From: Nitrososphaera viennensis EN76
GTDB lineage: Archaea; Thermoproteota; Nitrososphaeria; Nitrososphaerales; Nitrososphaeraceae
Reading direction: 5' to 3'
Assembly (NCBI RefSeq): GCF_000698785.1
Contig: NZ_CP007536.1
Coordinates: 2,370,001-2,402,000, forward strand
DNA length: 32,000 bases
The translations under genes and the position numbers were made by a program. Position 1 is the first letter of the stretch. Each line of letters opens with the position of its first letter. This document shows positions 17,271-23,407 of this stretch, one piece after another. A model generated the notes under the pieces. It worked only from the letters and a program-made list of their open reading frames with translations, was not told the DNA's origin and searched no databases.

Positions 17271-17364
17271 CGCCGCTGTCCTACTAACTATTTGGAGGCG
17301 TTAATATAACATTGCTTTTACTACTGGCAGCGTTATATAGTGCGGGCTGCAAAATATGCAGAAG

Positions 17365-18120
17365 ATGCGCCTTGTCCAGCTATCTGACATCCACGTCGGC
17401 AGCCTCTTTGTGCAGCAGGCATTTGACACCGTAGTCGATGAAGTGAACAAGCTCAAGCCGGATGCAATCATAATCACCGGCGACCTCACCGACGAGGGCA
17501 TACTGCCGCAGTTTGAAAAGGCGCGCAGTGAAATAAAGCGGTTCGAGTGCCCAAACATCATCGTCATCGCAGGCAACCACGACTACAGGCACACGGGCTA
17601 CTTGCTGTTCAAGAAATTCTTTCCAACCAAGCACGTCTACGAGTTTGGCGACGCAGTCATACTGACGCTTGGCACCGCAAGGCCCGACAGGGACGAGGGA
17701 GAAGTGGGCTACCGGCAGAACCTGTGGATGGAAAAGACTCTTGCAAAATACGCAGACAAGGTCAAGATAGTCGCAATGCACCACCACCTCGTGGGGATAC
17801 CAGACACAGGCACCGACAAGATCCTCATCCTTGACGCCGGCGACACGCTCAGGACGTGCCTCCAGTCAAAGGTGAACCTCGTCCTGTGCGGGCACAAGCA
17901 CCGGCCGTGGGTGTGGAAGCTCGGATCCCTTGAGATCGGCTATGCCGGAACTGCCTCCTCAAGCAGGTTCCGCGGATTCTTTGAAAACTCGTACAACATC
18001 ATCGAAATAGAGAATCACAAGGTGAGTGTCGACATCAAAATAGTGGGCAAAAAGCGCTTTCCGCTTTCAGACTTGGTAGAGATGTACAAGCCGTTCCTTG
18101 AAGAAAAACACGATTATTAA
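17365..18120 (+). CDS. Calcineurin-like metallophosphoesterase
   Basis: 'LSDIHVG', 'GDLTDEG', 'GNHD', 'HHH' and 'GHKH' motifs. ATG 17365 ('MRLVQLSDIH') fits the TATA-like box at 17333-17340 better than ATG 17356. Confidence 0.85.
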   Translation: MRLVQLSDIHVGSLFVQQAFDTVVDEVNKLKPDAIIITGDLTDEGILPQFEKARSEIKRFECPNIIVIAGNHDYRHTGYLLFKKFFPTKHVYEFGDAVILTLGTARPDRDEGEVGYRQNLWMEKTLAKYADKVKIVAMHHHLVGIPDTGTDKILILDAGDTLRTCLQSKVNLVLCGHKHRPWVWKLGSLEIGYAGTASSSRFRGFFENSYNIIEIENHKVSVDIKIVGKKRFPLSDLVEMYKPFLEEKHDY

Positions 18121-18142
18121 TGCGGGCGTCCCAAGCTTGGTT

Positions 18143-18206
18143 GGCAGCTGTGAAGATTCAGAGTTAATCCTGATACGATGAAGAGAAGGCATTTGACTGA
18201 GCTGCC
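18143..18206 (+). ncRNA. Candidate C/D box sRNA (2'-O-methylation guide)
   Basis: GGCAGC-t-[GTGAAGA]-13 nt-[CTGA]-tacg-[ATGAAGA]-12 nt-[CTGA]-GCTGCC. It has a 6-bp terminal stem and C, D', C', D boxes in canonical order and spacing. The critical GA dinucleotides are kept in both C-type boxes. Confidence 0.6.
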
Positions 18207-18491
18207 ACTGCTATACACTTGGCACTTGCTTTTCGCACCTGCTGGGGATTGAGGCAAAGCCAAAATAGCGGCACGCGTACAACAAGGGTGCAGTCTGGCT
18301 GCCTGCCCTGCTTCTCTTGACGATTTTCAGATGGGAGATGAAAAGATTATCGTCATTGATAATCATAAATGCTTAGTCTTTATTCTAGATTAGAATTATA
18401 TCTTTTTATTTTTTGGATTTAATAATTTCTGTAATATCGGTCGTCTTGAACATGTTCTATTATAGTTAACTATCGATTTTTGAAATACAGG

Positions 18492-18499
18492 TTAATATA
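18492..18499 (+). promoter_or_regulatory. TATA-like box (TTAATATA) of amoC
   Basis: 23 nt upstream of ATG 18523, which implies a leaderless or near-leaderless amoC mRNA. It sits at the 3' edge of an AT-rich block of about 160 nt. Confidence 0.55.
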
Positions 18500-18522
18500 G
18501 TCTATGATCTACATGGTAAACC

Positions 18523-19086
18523 ATGGCGCAGATGCCAGCACTGATCCCGAAGGAAGTCGAGATCCAAAGACTGAAAAAGATCTACATCATGGTGATCATG
18601 CTCGGTTCTATCGCAGCCTCCGTCGAAGTCGACAACTTCGTCGATGGCTCGCTGCACCAGACTGCAATCAGAGACTCGGCCTTCACGCCGGCCCACTGGT
18701 GGCTGTACAGCCACTTCGTGGCTCTCCCTGTCGGCTGGGGTATGGTGGCAATCTATGACAGAAGAGTCCCGATACTCAGAGGTCCAGGCAACTCGATGAA
18801 CACCGGTCTGAAACTGACCATCATTGGCTACCTTGCCACGATGTTCACAATCGGTGTCAACGAGATGTGGCACTTCTGGTTCGTGGAAGAAATCTTCTCC
18901 GTTCCGAACCACTGGATGTTCAACATGGGTGTCGTAGTGGCATTCATGGGCGCTCTGGCCTATGTCGTCAGAGTGTACGCCAGACTGGTGGAACTGGGTG
19001 CAGAAACACCAGCAAAGAACCCGTATGTAGCAGAGTTGTACAAGCTAGCGCTGGAAGGCAAGCTGTACAGCAGGTCAATCCCATAA
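18523..19086 (+). CDS. amoC: Ammonia monooxygenase subunit C (stand-alone copy)
   Basis: 187 aa. 'MAQMPALIPKEVEIQRLKK...VEVDNFVDGSLHQT...HWWLYSHF...GVNEMWHFWFVEE...NPYVAELYKLALEGKLYSRSIP' matches archaeal AmoC as I recall it. Multiple TM helices. Confidence 0.9.
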   Translation: MAQMPALIPKEVEIQRLKKIYIMVIMLGSIAASVEVDNFVDGSLHQTAIRDSAFTPAHWWLYSHFVALPVGWGMVAIYDRRVPILRGPGNSMNTGLKLTIIGYLATMFTIGVNEMWHFWFVEEIFSVPNHWMFNMGVVVAFMGALAYVVRVYARLVELGAETPAKNPYVAELYKLALEGKLYSRSIP

Positions 19087-19107
19087 GCGGGGGATTCTCG
19101 ACTCTAT

Positions 19108-19156
19108 CTGGACCGCAAGGTCCAGACTGCCTTTTTTCTTTTCAATTTTTCTTCTT
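19108..19156 (+). terminator. Hairpin plus T-tracts downstream of amoC
   Basis: CTGGACC-gcaa-GGTCCAG (7 bp, 19108-19125), followed by T6 and further T runs through about 19156. Confidence 0.6.
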
Positions 19157-19195
19157 GTAAAGCACAAGTATCCCTTCTGCGTATTAATTACTGCC

Positions 19196-19333
19196 ATGGA
19201 CATGTCTGCAACGTGCGGAGCCTGTGGGAAAAAGACGCAGGACTACCCCGTGTTCTGCTACATGTGCAACGACTATTTCTGCTCGGAGGCCTGCCACATG
19301 ACCAAGCACGCAAGGCCGTGGCAGAAATACTGA
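19196..19333 (+). CDS. Candidate 45-aa Cys-rich metal-finger protein (FCS/TRASH- or HIT-like)
   Basis: Not in the track because it is under 60 aa. Reads MDMSATCGACGKKTQDYPVFCYMCNDYFCSEACHMTKHARPWQKY, i.e. C-x2-C-x10-C-x2-C-x4-C-x3-C-H-x3-H. Eight potential ligands in finger-like spacing. Confidence 0.5.
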   Translation: MDMSATCGACGKKTQDYPVFCYMCNDYFCSEACHMTKHARPWQKY

Positions 19334-19348
19334 CGATGACGGCTTTGG

Positions 19349-20599
19349 CTACTCGCGCCTTAGCGCCACTATCGGGGCTGTCCTTGAAGCGCGCCATGCA
19401 GGATACATGCCGGCAAGCACCGACAGTCCTACTGAAAGCCCCCACACGGTACCCATGTCCTGCGGCAGGAACACCGGCGTCATGTTCTGCGAGCTTGGGT
19501 CCTGCGATGCAAAGCCTGCGATGAGCACGTAACCTCCCATGACTCCGACGCCCATGCCTGCCGTAGCGCCAATGACCCCGATGGTCAGTGCCTCGACTAG
19601 AAACAGCACCAGGATAAAGCTGTTCTGCGCGCCTATGGCCTTCATCGTGCCTATCTCCCTGATGCGCTCCGTGACTGACGTGTAAAGCGTGGTGATGATG
19701 CCCACTGCGCCCACCAGGAGCGCTACCAGCGCGATGCTGGTGGTAAACGAGCTAAAGCCGCCAATGAACTGCTGTATGGTCTCAAGTATGGCCTTTGGAG
19801 TGGTGATGCCGATGTCCTTGCCGTATAGCCGGCGGATTTGCTGCTCGACCGTGTCTACAAAGTCGCCCGAGTCTGCCGCCACCAAGAGCGCGTCGTACTT
19901 GCCTGCCTTGTGGAGCATCTGGTTGCCGGCTATGCGGTTGAACACTACCGCGTTGTCTATGGTCGGATTGCCGGTGGCCTTCATGATGCCCGACACCACA
20001 AAGCTCCTCGTCTCTTTTTCCTGCTTGCCCGTGTCAGGGTCGACAAACGTGTACGTGGCCCGGAGCGTCTGGCCCACCACCGCAAACGGGGTCGAGTCGC
20101 CGGGCGGGTTTGCCACCCTCTCTGACAGGATTATCGCAGAGGGGTCGTTCTGACGGATGCTAGAGCCCTCAAAGAACGTCGTGGTAGGGGCTATCACGTA
20201 CAGCTTTTGCGGATCGATTGAAAACACTGTCGTGTCGTGCTTTCTGCCCCCTGCCTCAAGCGTTATGGCACCCTGGTACGACGGGATGACGTCGCTTACG
20301 AACGGGAGCGAGCGTATCCTGCTCACCACGGCCTCGTTAAGCGTTATCTTTGGCACAGGCGGCGGCCCTCCGCCGAACGGGTCTCCGCTGCTGTCGGCCT
20401 GCGCGCTTGTCACGAACAGTATGTTTGGCGCAAGCTTGCTGAACTGGAAGCTGATAAAGTTGGAAAAGCCGGCGGTCATGCCGTTTAGCGCGACCATCAG
20501 CGAGCTTCCCACAACCACCATCATTATCGTGAGAGCAGACCTTGTCTTGCGCTCCCTCAGCGCGTCGATGGACAGTGCAAAGATTTCCTTTATGTTCAT
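19349..20599 (-). CDS. ABC transporter permease, MacB/FtsX type
   Basis: 416 aa. N-terminal TM ('RSALTIMMVVVGSSLMVAL'), a large extracytoplasmic domain, then a C-terminal FtsX three-helix bundle ('REIGTMKAIGAQNSFI'). Confidence 0.85.
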   Translation of the reverse strand: MNIKEIFALSIDALRERKTRSALTIMMVVVGSSLMVALNGMTAGFSNFISFQFSKLAPNILFVTSAQADSSGDPFGGGPPPVPKITLNEAVVSRIRSLPFVSDVIPSYQGAITLEAGGRKHDTTVFSIDPQKLYVIAPTTTFFEGSSIRQNDPSAIILSERVANPPGDSTPFAVVGQTLRATYTFVDPDTGKQEKETRSFVVSGIMKATGNPTIDNAVVFNRIAGNQMLHKAGKYDALLVAADSGDFVDTVEQQIRRLYGKDIGITTPKAILETIQQFIGGFSSFTTSIALVALLVGAVGIITTLYTSVTERIREIGTMKAIGAQNSFILVLFLVEALTIGVIGATAGMGVGVMGGYVLIAGFASQDPSSQNMTPVFLPQDMGTVWGLSVGLSVLAGMYPAWRASRTAPIVALRRE

Positions 20600-22395
20600 T
20601 TTTTGCTCGCGCGCTCTTCTTCTTTCTTGTTGCTACTGCCAAAGTGGCTGTCTAGCACTGACTCGATGTCGTCGCCCTTGTTGTCGCCGTTCTGCTTGCT
20701 GAACTGGAGGGTGCGCTTTAGTTTCGACTTTTTCCTCATGCGTATTGCCACCACTGCAATAACGGCTGCCGCGATTATACCTGCAATGACGCCTATCATC
20801 ATCATCGAGCCGGCAGCCTGCGTCTGCTCTGTGTTTTCAGCCGGGGCCTCGGGCACAAAGTTGACGTTGGCCTTGATGTCAAGCGTATGCTGCTCCCTCA
20901 GGCTGTCCTTGTACTGCACCCTTAATTCCACGGGGTACGTCCCTGCGCCCGTGTTGCTGGAAACGTCAATTGGTATGCTGAATGGAAGGGGCGAGTTTTC
21001 CGTCAGGTCGCCAAGGTACTGCTGCGGCGGAAGCGAGTTGACAAGTCCCTCTGCGCCTGTTACTTCGACCGTGGTAAAGAGCGCAAGCACGTTTCCTTCG
21101 TTGAGGAGGTTGCCAGTTATGTTGGGCACGCCACCGATGTAGGTTATGCCTATCTCGTAAGCCTTGACGCTTATCTCGCCATCGACGTACGTGCCGACGT
21201 CAAATGTCTCTATCTCTGGCTGCCCTGCCGATATGCGCTGGACCGTGAGCGTAAAGGTAGCCGCCTTGCCTATCATGTCAGTCGACGAAAACACCTGCGT
21301 CGATATCTCTTGGCTTGCACCCGGCGCAAGGTCGCCTACCGTCCAGCTGGTCTTGCCGAGGATCTTGATCTGCTCTGCAGTTGAGCTTATGGAAGCCACC
21401 ACGTCTGACAGCTGCTGGTCGCCGTTGTTTGCAAGCGACACCTTCAGGTCGGTTATCTTGCCTGCGGTCATTATTATGGACGAGTTGCCGACAGGCGTCA
21501 CGCTCAGGGGCGAGCTTGCAGACGTAGGCAGGACGATGAGGCCCACCGGCACCGTCGAGTTCTTTTTCTCGCCGTACGTGTTGCCGTACTCTATCTGGAG
21601 AGGGATTGTCTGGAGCGTCTCGCCTGCAGAGTTGCTGGCGTACAGCACCGGCTCTATCGTGGCAGAGTTTCCTGGAGCGATCGTTCCAATCTCAAACGAC
21701 TTTTGGCCGACTGCCACAAGCGACGCCTGCTGAGTGGTGGGGTTGACGCCGGACGAGCCTGGGACGGTTACCACGACTCCCGTGGCCGGCGCGCTTCCCG
21801 TATTTGTTATCTTTATGGCCGCCTTGCCCGAGGTTCCCGGCGCGACTCCGCCTTCTGACGAAGCGTCAAGGATGACCTTGCCTGTCAACTTGAACGGGAC
21901 GCTGACGTCCGCTGTCCTTGGCATGCCTGCCTCGAGTATCCTAGAATACTCTACCTTGAGGTTGGCGCTGTAATCCTGGATTGGCGCATTGTTGGAAACG
22001 TTTACCTGGAAAAAGAGCGTGAACGTGTTGCCTGCCGTGACTATGCCGTTGTACGTCGCGACTGCCTGGTTTGACCTGGAAGAAGAGGTGAACCCTGATG
22101 GGAGCGAAAGCGTCCCTGTCACGGAGGTTATGTCAGAAAACCCTCTGTTGACGAGCGTCACTGCAAGGACGGATGAGCCGTCTCCCGGCGCGACTTCGAC
22201 TTTTGAAAGCGGGGTGCCTGCCGGAGGCGCCGTGGTCCTGTCTGTCCAGAAAGCGTCAAGGAACACCGGCCCGCTCAGGTTGGCGTTTACTATCTCTGAC
22301 TCGCTAAGCTGTGCAAAGGCCCCAAGCGGGGCACCAGGCAGCATTGCTACTACTACTATTACTATTATTGTGGCCGGAACAAAGTGCTTTTTCAA
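20596..22395 (-). CDS. Surface protein with four tandem CARDB/DUF11-like beta-sandwich domains and a C-terminal TM anchor
   Basis: Signal peptide, then four repeats of roughly 110-130 aa of the type 'I.+.N.G...A..V.V.+ ... G.+.PG.S ... Y.+.+.+.Y'. C-terminal TM 'MMMIGVIAGIIAAAVIAVVAI' with a basic/acidic tail. 4-nt overlaps with both neighbouring genes. Confidence 0.7.
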   Translation of the reverse strand: MKKHFVPATIIVIVVVAMLPGAPLGAFAQLSESEIVNANLSGPVFLDAFWTDRTTAPPAGTPLSKVEVAPGDGSSVLAVTLVNRGFSDITSVTGTLSLPSGFTSSSRSNQAVATYNGIVTAGNTFTLFFQVNVSNNAPIQDYSANLKVEYSRILEAGMPRTADVSVPFKLTGKVILDASSEGGVAPGTSGKAAIKITNTGSAPATGVVVTVPGSSGVNPTTQQASLVAVGQKSFEIGTIAPGNSATIEPVLYASNSAGETLQTIPLQIEYGNTYGEKKNSTVPVGLIVLPTSASSPLSVTPVGNSSIIMTAGKITDLKVSLANNGDQQLSDVVASISSTAEQIKILGKTSWTVGDLAPGASQEISTQVFSSTDMIGKAATFTLTVQRISAGQPEIETFDVGTYVDGEISVKAYEIGITYIGGVPNITGNLLNEGNVLALFTTVEVTGAEGLVNSLPPQQYLGDLTENSPLPFSIPIDVSSNTGAGTYPVELRVQYKDSLREQHTLDIKANVNFVPEAPAENTEQTQAAGSMMMIGVIAGIIAAAVIAVVAIRMRKKSKLKRTLQFSKQNGDNKGDDIESVLDSHFGSSNKKEEERASKK

Positions 22396-23135
22396 TTGTT
22401 CACTACCTCCTTTTCAACCCTGCCGTCGCGGATGTATATCGCTCTGTCGCAGGCCTCCGCCAGCTCGGGGTTGTGCGTGACCATAACTATGGTCCGCCTG
22501 AACTTGCTTGAGAGCATCTTTAGCAGGTCAAACACCTCGTTTCCCGTCTTGGTGTCAAGGTTTCCAGTCGGCTCGTCTGCAAGGATTATCGCAGGGTCGT
22601 TCATGAGCGACCTTGCGATGGCGACCCTCTGCTGCTGGCCGCCGGAAAGGTTGACCGGCTTGAAGCCGGCCTTGTTGCCGATCCCAAGCACCTCAAGCAG
22701 CTTTTCCGCCCTCCTCTGGCGCTCGCTGCCTGCCATGCCTGAAAGGATTCCGGGGAGCTCGACGTTTTTCAGGACCGTGGTCCTGTTTATCAGGTTGTAC
22801 GACTGGAAGATGAATCCGATGAGGTGGTTCCTCATGGTGGCTATTTCCGAGTCTGCAAGCGCAAAGACGTCTATGCCGTTTATGTAGACCTTGCCCGCCG
22901 TCGGCTTGTCGAGCGCGCCGATTATGTTGAGGAGCGTCGACTTGCCGCTTCCGGAGGGGCCGACTATGGCTACAAACTCGCCCCTCTTGATAGAAAGATT
23001 GACGCCGCGAAGGGCCGCGACCCTTCCTGCCGCAGAATCAAAGACCTTGGTAACATTGTCTACCTTCATGACGACTGCTGCTGATTGGCTGTCAGAACTT
23101 GCGTTATCCAAAGTGGGCTCTCTAGTGGTGTCCAA
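22392..23135 (-). CDS. ABC transporter ATP-binding protein (MacB/LolD-like)
   Basis: Walker A 'GPSGSGKST', Q-loop, signature 'LSGGQQQR', Walker B 'ILADEPT', H-loop 'VTHN'. Confidence 0.9.
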   Translation of the reverse strand: MDTTREPTLDNASSDSQSAAVVMKVDNVTKVFDSAAGRVAALRGVNLSIKRGEFVAIVGPSGSGKSTLLNIIGALDKPTAGKVYINGIDVFALADSEIATMRNHLIGFIFQSYNLINRTTVLKNVELPGILSGMAGSERQRRAEKLLEVLGIGNKAGFKPVNLSGGQQQRVAIARSLMNDPAIILADEPTGNLDTKTGNEVFDLLKMLSSKFRRTIVMVTHNPELAEACDRAIYIRDGRVEKEVVNN

Positions 23136-23170
23136 TTATTTATAGAGAGATGTTCGGGGTAAATAAAGAT

Positions 23171-23190
23171 AACTGACTGGTCAGTCAGTT
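23171..23190. promoter_or_regulatory. Near-perfect 20-bp palindrome AACTGACTG-GT-CAGTCAGTT (candidate operator)
   Basis: 9-bp arms with a 2-bp spacer, read directly from the sequence. It lies just upstream of the A/T box of the ABC operon (about 23160-23170, minus strand) and about 80 nt upstream of the YHS mini-gene. A T6 run follows. Confidence 0.4.
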
Positions 23191-23266
23191 TTTTCCTACC
23201 TGCTATGTGAACCCTTTTCCAAAACAATAAATACACTTTTGGAGCGCAAGATGCCGTAAAAAGAAT

Positions 23267-23407
23267 ATGCCAGTCGATCCCGTGTGCGGAATCGAGATGG
23301 ACCAGGAACTTGCGGTCTCTCACGAACACAACGGCAAGACGTACTTTTTCTGCTGCGAAGGATGCAAGCGCATATTCGTCAAAAAGCCTGGCAAGTACTC
23401 AAAGTGA
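23267..23407 (+). CDS. YHS/TRASH-domain mini-protein (46 aa), putative metal (Cu) binding
   Basis: Not in the track because it is under 60 aa. MPVDPVCGIEMDQELAVSHEHNGKTYFFCCEGCKRIFVKKPGKYSK fits the YHS pattern 'DPVCGM......H.G..Y.FCS..C...F...P..Y'. A/T box at 23226-23233. Confidence 0.65.
   Translation: MPVDPVCGIEMDQELAVSHEHNGKTYFFCCEGCKRIFVKKPGKYSK

Noticed and set aside
18122-18210. tRNA-like 5' end (GCGGGCG…) and a 24-aa ORF (ATG 18178)
   Set aside because: There is no complementary 3' acceptor strand, no T-arm (GTTCRANNC) and no plausible cloverleaf. The mini-ORF has no support and overlaps the much better-formed C/D box architecture.
18318-18364. Second C/D-like element on the minus strand (AUGACGA … CUGA)
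   Set aside because: Only one box pair is present, with a 19-nt spacer, and the putative C box would lie inside the stem. The GATTATC/GATAATC hairpin explains it more simply.
19188-19524. ORFs 19213-19524 (plus strand, 103 aa) and 19188-19445 (minus strand, 85 aa)
   Set aside because: They overlap the FtsX permease 3' end and each other and have no motifs. The 45-aa Cys-patterned ORF (19196-19333) explains the gap better.
20603-22480. Series of plus-strand ORFs (179, 189, 79 and 163 aa)
   Set aside because: All are antisense to the 599-aa surface-protein gene and are Ser/Thr/Pro/Val-rich mirror frames. The minus-strand frame has a signal peptide, repeats and a TM anchor.
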